NCBI RefSeq assembly: GCF_009914755.1
Contig: NC_060929.1
Source: the human T2T-CHM13v2.0 reference genome, Homo sapiens
Length of the DNA: 64,000 nt
Strand: one strand, 5' to 3'
The translations under genes and the position numbers were made by a program. The notes beneath the pieces are model-generated. The model had not been told where the DNA came from and made no database searches. It worked only from the letters and a program-made list of their open reading frames with translations. Positions 1 through 13,038 of this stretch are shown here, piece by piece; within the stretch, counting starts at the first letter, position 1; each line of letters begins with the position of its first letter.

Positions 1-938
1 CATCTTTTTTTTTCTTTTTTTTCAACTTTTTAGTAGTAGCCATTCTGCCTGCTATAAAATCGTATCTCATTTTGGTTTTAATTTGATGATTAGTGATGCT
101 GAGCACTTTTTCATGTTTGTTGGCCACTTGTGTGTCTTCTTTTGAAAAATGTCTGCTCATATCCTTTGTCCCCTTTTTTATTAGGGTTATTTGCTTTATC
201 CTCATTATGCTGTTTGGGTTCCTTATAGATTCTAGATATTTGCCTTTTGTCAATGGCATAGTTTTCAAATATTGTTTCCCATTCTACATGTTGTCTGTTT
301 ACTCTGTTGATTATTTCTTTTGCTGTGCAGAAGCTTTTTAGTTGAATTACATCCCATTTGTCTATTTTTGTTTTTGTTGCACTTGCTTTTGAGGACTTTG
401 TCATAAATTATTTGCCTAAGCCAATGACCGGAAAAGTTTTTCTTAGATTTTCTTCTGGAATTTGTATAACTACAGGTCTTATATTTAGATCTTTAATCCA
501 CATTCAGTTAATTTTTGTATATGTTAAGAGGTATGGTGCTAGTTTAATTCTTCTTCATAGGGCAGCCCAATTTGTCAAGCACTTTTTACTGAAATAGGTG
601 TTTTTTCTCTAGTGTATATTTTTGTTGACTTTGTCAAAGATCCGATGGTTTTAGGTATGTGACTTTATTTCTCGGAACTCTATTCTGTTCCATTGATCTA
701 TGTGTCTATTTTTATACGAGTACCATGCTTCTTTGGTTACTGTTTGTAGTCTAGTAGTATAAGTTGAAGTCAGGTAATGTGATGCCTCCAGCTTTGTTCC
801 TTTTGCTTAGAATTGTTTTGGCTATACAGGCTCTTTTTTTATTCCATATGAATTTTAAGATGTTTTTATAATTCTCTAAAAAAATGACATCAGTAATTTC
901 ATAGAGATTATGTTGAATCTATAGATTGCTTTGGGCAG

Positions 939-1422
939 TGTGATGGTTAATACTGAGTGTCAACTTGATTGGATTGAAGGTTACAAAGTATTGATCCTGG
1001 GTGTCCCTGTGAGGGTATTCCCAAAGAAGATTAACATCTGAGTTAGTGGGCTGGGAATGGCAGACCCACCCTTAATTTGCGTGGGCACAATCTAATCAGC
1101 AGCCAATACAGCTAGACTATAAGCAGGCAGAGAAATGTGAAAAGAGAGACTAGCCTAGCCTCCCAGCCTACATCTTTCTCCTGTGCTGGATGCTTCCTGA
1201 CTTTGAACATTGGACTCCAAGTTGTTCAGTTTTTGAACTAGGACTGGATCTCCTTGCTTCTCAGCCTGCAGATGGCATATTGTGGGACATTGTGATCATG
1301 TGAGTTAATACTTAATAATAATAACTCATGTGATTATAATTAATAACTTGTAATAATAATTAACTCGTGTGAGTTAATACTTAATAAACTCATATATATA
1401 TATATATATTTTATATATATAT

Positions 1423-1475
<53 letters not shown>

Positions 1476-1513
1476 CTTTAGTTCTGTCCCTCTAGAGAAT
1501 CTTGACTAATACA
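939..1513 (+). mobile_element. MLT2A (MLT2A1/A2) HERV-L solo LTR inserted in the L1
   Basis: Starts TGTGATGGTTAATACTGAGTGTCAACTTGATTGGATTGAAGG, ends CTCTAGAGAATCTTGACTAATACA. 5-bp TSD GGCAG (934-938) / GGTAG (1514-1518). Confidence 0.92.
1392..1472. repeat. (TA)n microsatellite inside MLT2A
   Basis: About 80 bp of TA repeat with two small interruptions. Confidence 0.97.
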
Positions 1514-1548
1514 GGTAGTATTATCATTCTAATGATATTGATTCTTCC

Positions 1549-1599
1549 TTTTTTTTTTTTTTAAATGAGATGGAGTATCTCTCTTGCTCAGGCTGGAGT
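1549..1599 (-). mobile_element. Very short 5'-truncated Alu (3' terminus plus tail)
   Basis: Poly-T followed by GAGATGGAGTATCTCTCTTGCTCAGGCTGGAGT. L1 sequence resumes at TCCTATCCA. Confidence 0.75.
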
Positions 1600-4384
1600 C
1601 GTCCTATCCATAAGCATAGGATGTTTTTCCATTTGTTTGTGTTATCTATGATTTCTGTAGTTCTCCTTATATAAATCTTTCACCTCACTGGTTAAATATG
1701 TTCCTAAACAGTTTTGTGGCTATTGTAAATTGAATTGCCTTGTTGATTTGATCCTCGGCTAGATCATTATTGGTCTATAGAAATGCTACTGATTTCTGTC
1801 TATTAATATTGTATCCTGAAACTTTGCTGAATTAATTTATCAGCTTTAAGAGTTTTTTGGTGGAGTCATTAGGGTTTTCTAAATATAAGATCATCTCATC
1901 AGTGAACAGTGATAATTTAACTTCCTTTTTCAATTTGGGTGACTTTTTTTCTATTTCTGATTGCTCTAGTGAGGACTTCTAGCACTATATTGAATAAGAG
2001 TAGTGAAGGTGGGCATTGTTGTCTTGTTCCAGTTCTTAGATAGGATGTTTTCAACTTTTTCTTATTGAGTATGATGTTGGTTATGGGTTTGTTATATATT
2101 GTTTTTATTATATTAAGGTTTGTTCCACCTATGCCTAGTTTATTGATGAGTTTTATCATAGATGTATGCTAAATTTTATCCAATGCCTTTTTTGTATCTA
2201 CTGAGATGATCATATGGATTTTGTCTTTAATTATCTTTATGTGATGTATTACATTTATTTATTTACATATCTTGAGTCATCTTTGCAACCCTGGGATAAA
2301 TCCTACCTGTTCATAACGGATATTGGCCTATAGTTTTTCTTTCTTTCTTTTTTTTTTTGTCCTCATTTGGTTTTAGTTAGTTGCAGGGTTATACTAGCTT
2401 CATAGAGTGAATTAGGGAAAATTTTTTCCTCTTTGATTAGTTGGAATATTTTTAAGAGTATTGATATCAGTTTTTCATCTTATGTTTGTTAGAATCAACT
2501 GTGAATCCATCTGGCACTGGGCTTTTGGTTGTTCTTTTTGGCAGTTTTTTTTTTATTACGGATTCAATCTTGCTACTCATTGTCAATCTGTTCAGAAGTT
2601 TTATTTCTTGTAGATTCAATCTCAGGAGGTTGTATTTTTTTCTGGAAATTTACTTATATCCTCTCGGTTTCTAATATTTGAGCATAAGTTATTTATAATA
2701 GTCTCTGATGATCTTTTGTGTTTCTGTGGTATCAGTTGTAATGTCTCATTTTTTATTTCTGAATGTGTTTATTTAAATTTTCCCTTCTTTTTTGGTTACT
2801 CTAGTTTGTGATTATCATTTTTGTAAATCACTTTGAAGAATAAACTTTTTGTTTTGTTGATTATTTTTATTGTTCTTTGTCTCTACTGAATTTAGTTCTT
2901 TCCTGATCATTAATTTTTTTCTTCTGTTCACTTTGGGTTTAGTTTGTTCTCTTTTTTTCTAGTTTCCTAAGGTATAATGTTAATTGTTAATTTGTGATCT
3001 TTCTACTTTTTTCGATGTAGGCATTTAATGCTATAAACTTTTCTCTTAGCATTGCTTTTGCTATATTACACAGGTTTTGGTATGCTGTGATTTCATTTTT
3101 ATTTGTTTCAGAATTTTAAATTCCTGTCTTAATTTCTTCATTGCCAAGTGATTGTTCAGGAGCATACTTTTGAATTTCCATTTATTTGTGTAGTTCCTGA
3201 AGTTCTTCTTGGTGTTAGTTTCTAGTTTTATTCAATTCTGGTCTGAGAAGATACTTGATATAATTTTGATTAAAAAAAAAGTTTAAGACTCTTTTTGTGG
3301 CCTAAAACATGGTCTATCTTAAAGAATATTCCATGTTCTAATAAAAGGAATGTATATTCTGCATTTGGTAGAATGTTCTGAAATGTCTTTTAAGTCCATT
3401 TGGTTTAACGTCTGATTAAGTTAGTTAATTTTCTGTCGCAATGATTTGTCAGGTGCTGTGAGTGGGGTCTTGAAGTCATCCACTATTACTGTATTGCGGT
3501 CTGTCTTTTTCTTTAGGTCTGGTAATATTTGTTTTTGAATTTGAGTGCAGCGATATTGGGCTTATATATATATAGGATTGTTTTATCCTCTTCCTGAATT
3601 TATTCCATTGTCATTTTATAATGATCTTGTCTTTTATTACTTTTTTTATTTAAAGGATACTTTTATTTAATGTAAGTATAGCTACACCTGCTTACCTTTG
3701 GTTTCAGTTTCCACGGAATATCTTTTCCTATCCCTTTACTTTCAGTCTATATCTGTCTTTATAAGTAAGGTTAGTTTCTTGGAGGTAGCATACAGTCAGA
3801 TCATATGTTTTAATCATTTCTGCCAATCTGTTCCATTTAAGTGCATCATTTAATCCATTTACATTCAAATGTAATATAATATATGAGCCTTTGTTTCTGT
3901 TGCATTGTTAATTGTTTCAAGTTGTTTCATAAATTCTGTTTCTTTCTTATTCTGTCTTTTTATCTTTGTATTTTGATGAGATTCTGTTGTGTTGCCATTT
4001 GATTTCTTTCTCTTCCTTCTTTGTGTTATTGTTTTATAAGAACAGTGGATTTTATATTTCCAAGTGTTTTTGTGAATACCGGCCTTTTATTTCAATGTGT
4101 AAGTACTCTTTGAACAGTTCCTGTAGGACCAGTCTAGTGGTGACAAATTCCTTTGTTGTTCACCTGTCTGGGAAATACTTTATTTCTCCTTTATTTATGA
4201 AGCTTATACTAGCAGGATTTGAAATTCTTGACTGGCAGGTCTTTTGTTGTTGTTGTTGCTCTCTTAGAATTGTAAAAATGCCATCTCACTGTCTTTTACT
4301 CATCTCATTCATTTCTCCTAAAATGTGTACTATTTGTTAGAGGGGCTTTCTGTCATAGGCAACTAGATGCTTTTCTCTTGGTCA

Positions 4385-4693
4385 TTTTATTATTTTTTTC
4401 TTTTTTTTTATTTTTGACGGAGTCTCGCTCTGTCATCCAGGCTGGAGTGAAGTGGCATGATCTTGGCTTACTGCAAGCTCTGCCTCCTGGGTTCACGCCA
4501 TTCTCCTGCCTCAGCCTCCCGAGTTGCTGGGACTACAGGCACCCACCACACATCTGGCTAATTGTTTGTATTTTTAGTAGAGACAGGGTTTCACCGTGTT
4601 AGCCAGGATGGGCTCAAGCTCCTGACTTAGTGATCTGCCTTGCTCGGCCTCCCAAAGTGCTGGGATTACAGGTGTGAGCCACCACGCCTGGCC
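4385..4693 (-). mobile_element. Alu (AluY-like) inserted in L1
   Basis: Full dimer with GCAAGCTCTGCCTCCTGGGTTCACGCCATTCTCC, ending GAGCCACCACGCCTGGCC. Confidence 0.95.
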
Positions 4694-5879
4694 TAGACAT
4701 TCTTAATATAATATGCTGGATGAAGTTCATTTTGCAATGCATTTACCTGGGAAACACTGGACCTCCTGTATCTAGATGTGTGACTCTCTTGCTAGATTGG
4801 AAAGTTTTCAACAATTAATTCCTTAAGTAGGCTTTTTAAACATTTTTATCTCTGTTACCCCTCAGGAACACCAATAATTCACAAGTTTTGCCACTTTACG
4901 TAGTCCCAGATGTCTGAAATTCTTTGTTCATTCCTTTTCCCTTATTTTTGTCTGACTGGATTATTTCAAAAGACCTGTCTTCAAGTTCTGAGATTCTTTC
5001 TTCTGCTTGGTCTAGTCTGTTATTGAAACTTTCAAAAGTATTTTGCATTTCCTTCAAGGATTTTTTTACTTCTAGAATTTATGCTTGGTTCTTATTTTAA
5101 GATATCTGTCTTCTTGGTAAATTTCTTAGCACAACCTGAATTGATATTTTTATTTCTTTGCATAAGTTTTCAGATTTCCCTTGCATCTCACTGAACTTCT
5201 TTAAAAATCAATATTTTCAATTTATTATCTGGCATTTTTAGAAATTTTATTTGATTTGGATTTCTAGCTGCACAATTGTGGTCCTTTGTTATTTTTTTTT
5301 TTTTTTGCTTGTTCATGATTTGTGTGTCTTTACATTGAAATATATGCACCTGGTGTAGCAGTCACTTGTTTTGATTTTTTGAAATTGCCTTTGTAGGGGA
5401 GAATTTCTTCCTCAAGATATATGTATGCTGTTGATTGAGTAGGGTACTTTGGCTTTGATTTTGGGTGCCTGCAGGAGTGTGATCTTAGTAGGACTTTTTC
5501 AGCAATACACAGGGTCAGTAGCATCTGTGATTTCCTTGATGGCTTGATTAGTAATTAGTTGAGGTGTGGTGAAGTTTTTGGGGGACTTGAATAACAACTG
5601 AGCCAGTCTTCATGCTCCAGTGGTGGTAGCAGTGGGGCAAACATGTTTTTAGGGTCCGGAGCAGCTTACACTGGCTCTGGTATTCGTGGGTCCTAGAGGG
5701 CTGATTCTTGGACCTTCAGGTGGCTGCTTAGAAGCTAGTAGTGAAAGCAGTGGGCCAGATTTGTGGGCAGCATGGGTTGTGTGGGTGATTGCAATAACAG
5801 TGGTGGAGCAACCCACTGGGACCCAAGCCATCCCAGATAGAGGTCCAGGTAGCTTCAATGGATTGGACAGACTGCTCCA

Positions 5880-7010
5880 AGGTTTCACAGCCACCTATAG
5901 AAGCATGATGGGTATTGTCCAAAATGTGCTTAGGGGAGCTTGATTTCCCTTATTCCTCTCCCAGCTGGATGGTGGCTGCAGCTATATCATCTTGAACTTG
6001 GTTTGAGAGTGGGGCACAGCCCAGTGTTAAACTATCAAAGTGATGCCAGCTGTGGGCCTGTGACAAGAGAAATCAGCATGGGCTGCTTATGCATGCCCCT
6101 TAGGCAAACAGCATGGGCAGAAGCTGTAAGGAGTGTGATCCACTCAATTTTCAGTCTCACAGAAGCCCATAGCAGGGCAGTGGGTATTGTCCAAGGTATG
6201 TATAGAAGAGCTTGGTTTCCTTGTCCCAAATCAGCCAGATGGTGGCTGCAGCCATGTCAACTAAAACTCAGCCCAAGGGTAGGGCCCAGCCCAGCATTAA
6301 ACTCCCCAAGTGGTGCCTTGGGCCTATGACCAGAGAGGGTGGAGTCCCTCCATGGCAAGGAACATGGGCAAGAAGCTATGGGGAGTGTGGTCCCCTCAAG
6401 CTTCAGTCTCAGAGCAACCCATTGCAAGGCAATGGGTATTGTCCTAAAAATACATAGGAGAGTCTGGTTCCCTGTCCCTTTTTGGCAGGGCAACAGTTGC
6501 TGCTGTGTTAAACTGAACTCAGCCTGAGGATGGGGCACAGCTCAACATGAAATTCTTAAAATGACAACTTGGGCCTGGGACCAGAGAAGACAGGGCCCCT
6601 CTTAGGGAAGACTTGTGGGAAAGAAGCTGGGTAGAGTGTGATCCCCTTGTCTCCATCTCACAAAAGCCCATAGCAGAACAGTAGTTACTGTCTTAGTGAG
6701 TGTAGAGAACTTGGTTTCCTTGTTCCCCCTCACAGGGATGGCGGCTGCAGCCATGTCAACTCAAATTCAGCCTGTGGGGCACAACCCAACATTAAACTCC
6801 CAAAAGTGGCACCTTGGGCCTATGACCAGGGATGGTGGGTTCCCTCCAAGGCAAGTGGCATGAGCAAGATGCTGCAGGGAGTATGGTCCACTCATGTCTC
6901 AGTCTCAACAACAGCTCACAGCAAGACAGTCAGGACTCTCCCAGGGGTGCATGGGAGCACCTTGTCATTCCTTTTCCTCCTTGGAACAGTGCAGTGGCAG
7001 TGGCTATGTT
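5880..7010 (-). repeat. About 250-bp tandem repeat array (about 4.5 units) in the L1 5' UTR
   Basis: Anchor CTTGGTTTCC-like motif at 5939, 6211, 6463, 6710 and 6961. GGGTATTGTCC recurs with the same period. Confidence 0.85.
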
Positions 7011-7719
7011 TGTAGATCCTCAGTATCTAGGCTTTCAAAATGGTGTTGAATTGCTCTAGGCTCAGATGCCTGTTAGATTTTGTGTGGGTTCCCTTTCTGG
7101 AGCAACCTCTCTGCAATTTTTAGGCAGCTTCAAGACCCTAGTTGATCAAGGGTTTCTCTTGTAGTTAAGATCATAAAAACCAAGCTCAGGGGTTTCTTTC
7201 TGTTTCCTCATGTGGAGCCTTTCCTGGCTCTCAATCAGTTCCTCGCTGGGCAAGCTGCCTCAAACCCTCTCCTCTCCTCTTTTTTTTTCTTTTTTTTTTT
7301 TGTCTTTTAAATGGGGTTCATTGTGATGGTATATAAAGACGCAAAACTAGAAATGCTTCTGAAGGCAAGGTTTGTTGTTGGAGAAGAGCTGAGGCACCAG
7401 TGCTCATTCCTGAGTACTCTGATCTTTAGGAATAAGACAGCAATCATTTCCTCCTTGATGACTTTCTTTGCTTCAGACAGATAAAATGTGGTGCCTTAAT
7501 CATACCTTTAGGAAAGACATCCCATGGACATTCTTATAGCTTTCTTAATAGAGAAAGATTGAAAACTGAAAAAGATCAAGGAACAAAGTCAGAGAAGTAA
7601 GATTACATCAGGTTAAGTACATGGTAATGGGGTAAGTCCATCCTTCAACACTCACACTGGAAACATGAGGCTACTACTTGAGAGCTGCCTGCAGTAATAA
7701 AAATTCACACATACTGAGG

Positions 7720-7900
7720 ACTACATGACAGCTACTGTTTTAAATGGTCTATTTATGCCAAAACTCTTTAGTCCTTATAAAAATGCCTTGAAGTGGGAAT
7801 TATTGTTATTTTTGCATTATGGATGAGGAAATTGCAGTGCAGAGAGATTCAGTAATTCCTCAATACCACAGAGCTATGTAAGTTTTGGGAATAAGAAATA
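7720..7900 (-). mobile_element. MIR fragment
   Basis: GGATGAGGAAATTGCAGTGCAGAGAGATTCAGTAATT resembles the MIR core. Confidence 0.55.
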
Positions 7901-7991
7901 AACCCACGTAGGAAGAGACCAACCCAGGCCATGAAGAATCTACTCAGATGGTCTGGCATCTTTGATTTTTTTTTACTCCATTTTTTTTTTT

Positions 7992-8467
7992 TAGTATGGG
8001 TTGGATTGTGTTCCTTAAAAAAGATATGTTGAAGTCCTAACCTCCAGGACCTCAAAATGTGATCCTGTTTGGAAATAGGGTTGTTGCAGATATAATTAAC
8101 AAAGTTAAGATGGAATCATGCTAGAGTACAGTAGGCTCTTAATCTAATATGACCAGTGTCCTTATAAAAAAGAGGAAAGAGAGACCAAGGAGACTATCAT
8201 ATGAGGACACAAAGACTCACAGGGAAAAGATTGCCACGTGACAACAATGGGTGCAGAGATCTGAGTCATGCATCTACAAGCTAAGGAAAGCCAATGAGGT
8301 CTGAAAACCATCAGAAGCTAGGATAGAAGGATGGCACGGCCACTTCCCAGAGTCCTCTAGAAGGGACTAAACTCTACTAGCAGCTTGATTTTGGACATAT
8401 AGCATCAAGAATAAATTTGCTTTAAGCCCCCGGTTTGCAGTGTATGTTACAGCAGCCTGAGGACACA
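7992..8467 (+). mobile_element. MaLR LTR (MLT1B/MLT1C-like)
   Basis: TATGGGTTGGATTGTGTTCC...GATATGTTGAAGTCCTAACC...GGAAATAGGGTTGTTGCAGAT, ending GTTACAGCAGCC. Confidence 0.88.
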
Positions 8468-8683
8468 AGTGCTCTTTTTAAATATTCTCTTTTTCAGAAT
8501 TTTGTTGTACTTGACATCCTGTTCTTATTTTAAATTATATCTTAATCCTTACCTTCATTCAATATAAATAGCTGACTGTGCACTATACTCAAGGGAAACT
8601 ATTGGAAAATTGAAACCAATAGCATAAGGTTGTAAAAGACAGAGTATTGCTAGGAAATAGCAAGTATATCATCAGGATGTTAA

Positions 8684-9003
8684 TTTTATGAACTATATGT
8701 TTGTGTCCCCCCCACACCAACATCCATATGTTAAGCTGGGATATTTAGGAGGTAATGAGGTTTAGAGGAGGTCATGACAGTTCAGGCCCTACAATGAGAA
8801 GAGAGAAAGACTAGAGCTTGCTCTGTCTGCTGTATGAGAATACGGGGAGAAGATGACCTGCGAATCAGAAAGAATGCCCTCACCAGACATTGATCTGCCA
8901 GTACTTCGATATTAGACTTCCTAACCTTCAGAACTATGAGAAATGAACATTTGTTGTTTAAATCACCCTGTCCAAGTTATTCTGATATAGCAGCCTGAAC
9001 TGT
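8684..9003 (+). mobile_element. MaLR LTR (MLT1A-like)
   Basis: ATGTTTGTGTCCCCCC...CCCTCACCAGACA...GACTTCCTAACCTTCAGAACTATGAGAAAT...TATAGCAGCCTGAAC. Confidence 0.85.
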
Positions 9004-9669
9004 GAGGGTGAGAAGACAGACATGCACGCTACTGGTATTTGAAGTAGGTTGGTATTGAGTAATAGAATAGAAAATTTGGGCTTTGTTTTGCCTTGCAGTG
9101 TCATTGAAAGTTTTTGGCTAAAGGTGTAATGTGGCAAGAAGTGTGTTTTAGGAAGATCAATGTAACTGCAAAGACTTAACATCTTATGGAGTAGAAATAA
9201 CCAGAAGCAGCATGAATTGTTTGAAGACTATAGTCTAGGAAAGACATCTGAAGACTTCTTCTAATATTTGACAAGAAGCTTTGAAAGGGATCCTGGGCTA
9301 GGGGAGGGGGGAGGGAAATTAGAGGATATAATTCATAATTACATGTTATAAAAACATAAAAAGAGACAATTTCATGTTTCAAATGTGGGTGACCGGAACT
9401 GTAGTTGTGACATTACAGAGACTGTTGGTGATGAGAGGTGCATTTTATTTTATTTTGTAATTAATTTTGGCCTTATTAAGTGTTCATTACTGGTGATACA
9501 GCTAGATAAAGCTACCTTAAAGGTGGCTAGAAAGGCATAGCATAGTTTTGAAAAGAAACAGAAATAAGAACAGCTAATATCAATAGACATACTGTGCAGC
9601 GTTGGCCAGGTAATGCTAACAGACACTTTTTTATTAATCCTTGAATAATTTTCTGATCTGCATCTGCTA

Positions 9670-9800
9670 TCATACACATTTAACAGATGAGAATAAATGA
9701 GGCAGAAGAGGCTAAAACAATTTATGAATGCTGCACTATTCGTAGGTGGGAAGCACAGATTGGAACCCAGCTTTCCACACTTCAGACTTTAGAGTCATTC
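9670..9800 (-). mobile_element. MIR fragment
   Basis: ACAGATGAGAATAAATGAGGCAGAAGAGGCTAA...GATTGGAACCCAG. Confidence 0.5.
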
Positions 9801-11071
9801 ACATTTAAAAAATGAGGCAGGGTTAAATGAGATATTTAGATGAAATTCACAGAAGTTAAATTAGAGAGTCAGAAGGTCCAGAATCATAGTGTTCAGAATA
9901 TATGAAGTGATATATTCCAAAGGGATTACTTTCCAGCTCTTAAAAGAGAATAAAATCTTCCTTACTTAGCCCTGGGTGTTTTTCTTTTTAAACTAGGGAT
10001 TATTATAGTTGAAATGACCCTCAAATGGCTCTAGGTTCATTTTATGATCACTGGCTTCATATATATGTATCTTGAACTATTATTTATATTAAGCCACTGC
10101 ATAACAAATATGTTTACATAATATTTAAATTTTTTTATATTACAGGACTAGTTATAAAAACTGAACTTCTCTGTAACTCTATCCTAAATTTAATAAATGT
10201 ACATATAAGGCACAAGTCATTTAAAAGTGGATTATTTTTTTCCAGGGCGGTTTATGTAACAGTTTCAGTAAAAAATAAATGAAACAGTAACAGTATTGTG
10301 CCCAAAGGGACATACTGTTACATGCATGTTACATTTCCCCAGAGATTTGGGCTGGATAGATTACCTTTTCTATTTTCCCCCTTTAACCAGCTTTGACATG
10401 AGTGTGGTAGACTCTTACATTTCTATATTTAGCCTAAAGCTGAGTGAATTTCACTGAAGTGTGAAGTAATTTTAAATATGTTTTGTATAAAAATGTGCTG
10501 AATTTTAAAGCTCTTTGATATCATGGGGAATGAAAATTGCTCAAAACACAAATCAGTATGGTTAAATGTACTGACCATGTGTGCTTTTTGAAATATGAAA
10601 TTATGCTATTATTCTTGGCCCATGTTGGAAGCAACATTCTTTTTTATTATACTCACTGCTAAATAATTTGTATAAAAAAAGGAATGCACATAGTAATGTA
10701 TAATAGTTTTAAAAATTTTCACCACTATAACATTAATACGTTATACAGAAATGTAACCATATAATTGTTAAATAAATGCTTTTTGAGTTTCCAGGTTTTG
10801 CAGAAAGTTCTGGTGTTCTTTAGGGTTTACTCACAGTAAACTGACCTGATTGCTCTGCAAGCCTTAGTTTACCATAAGTATTTCTAACCAAGCCTATTCC
10901 TGTAAGAAATATATGATCATAATGTACTTTAGAATATTATTTGGTCATGATTATAACAGAAACATAAATTATATAGAGAAGAAAAAAATGTTACTGCTAC
11001 AACTCCATAGCTATGGTAGTTATTTACCTTACTTTTTAGCTATTCACTGCGCCAAAGAAATTAACCAGGCA

Positions 11072-11334
<263 letters not shown>

Positions 11335-11571
11335 TTAACCAGGCAATACAATTAAGACATGTATGTTAGATAATGGAAATTATATCTTGAACAATAAAGA
11401 TTTAATGAATAGAAATAATCTACTTCACTTGTGATTTGATTCTTCAGTAACAACCAATACACTGCAGGACAATATGGTAAAATCTTATTAAATATGTTCC
11501 TCTTGACAGTATTCAATATGTTCCTATTGACAGCAGTCATTTAGCCATTTCGTTGTTTTTATATTCCATAG

Positions 11572-11890
<319 letters not shown>

Positions 11891-12344
11891 TGCATATCTT
11901 CTTTTAATTCACTGTTAAATATATTACTAGACAATATGTTGAGTGAATGAAAGTATGAGTGTGAAGTATTTCTTAAAGCATGCTTTCTATTTGTATTAAC
12001 TCTAATATGGCCTTTATTTACTTTAAAATACAAAATTACTGAAAGAGTAAAATAATTCAAATAATTATTTGTATAATCTCCATAGTTCTTAAACCATGTC
12101 CTCTTTATAGAACTAAACTCTTAGATTGAATATAACTTTCTTGATGTGTATATAAATGTTTGAATTTTACATATGTATCCCTTTTGACTCTTCTGCTTGT
12201 GTTTTTGTATCATTTAAAAAGGTGGATATGTGTTATGACCAACGACAGATGAGATTCTTCTTTCTAGTGTGTATGTCATTTCTAAAAATAAGTCATCAAG
12301 CTTCAAAAGTAGTGCGCTCAATATTTGCTTTTAAATTGAAGATA

Positions 12345-12455
12345 GGCCACACCTGTAATTCTAGCACTTTGGGAGGCTGAGGCAGGAGGATTGTTTGAGG
12401 CCATGAGTTGGAAATCAATGTGAGAAACATAGAAAGACACTTTCTCTACAAAACA
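12345..12455 (+). mobile_element. FLAM / old Alu left monomer
   Basis: CACCTGTAATTCTAGCACTTTGGGAGGCTGAGGCAGGAGGATTGTTTGAGGCC, single monomer with A-rich tail. Confidence 0.85.
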
Positions 12456-12503
12456 GAAATTATTTAAATAAATAAATTAATTAGTTAATTAATTTAATAT
12501 TAA

Positions 12504-13038
<535 letters not shown>

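Larger units (their letters stand above)
1..7280 (-). mobile_element. Old near-full-length LINE-1 (L1PB/L1MA class): degenerate ORF2, ORF1 and 5' UTR; 3' end lies left of the window
   Basis: Minus-strand translations resemble L1 ORF2p (111-404 [30 protein letters not shown]; 1917-2159 [27 protein letters not shown]...[20 protein letters not shown]). GC-richer 5' UTR-like segment at about 5500-7280. Many stops and frameshifts. Confidence 0.93.

Noticed and set aside
5880-7010. Possible CRISPR-like repeat-spacer array
   Set aside because: Units are long, degenerate and similar along their whole length, with no unique spacers and no cas genes. The DNA is primate.
5649-7059. Cluster of short ORFs in GC-richer sequence
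   Set aside because: They lie in the tandem repeats of the L1 5' UTR; higher GC lowers the stop-codon frequency.
7280-7700. Poly-T followed by unique sequence, a possible processed pseudogene on minus
   Set aside because: No polyadenylation signal near the tract, no TSD and no recognisable coding homology.
12473-12496. 11-bp-arm AT palindrome TAAATTAATTA-gt-TAATTAATTTA
   Set aside because: Low complexity, derived from the FLAM A-rich tail.
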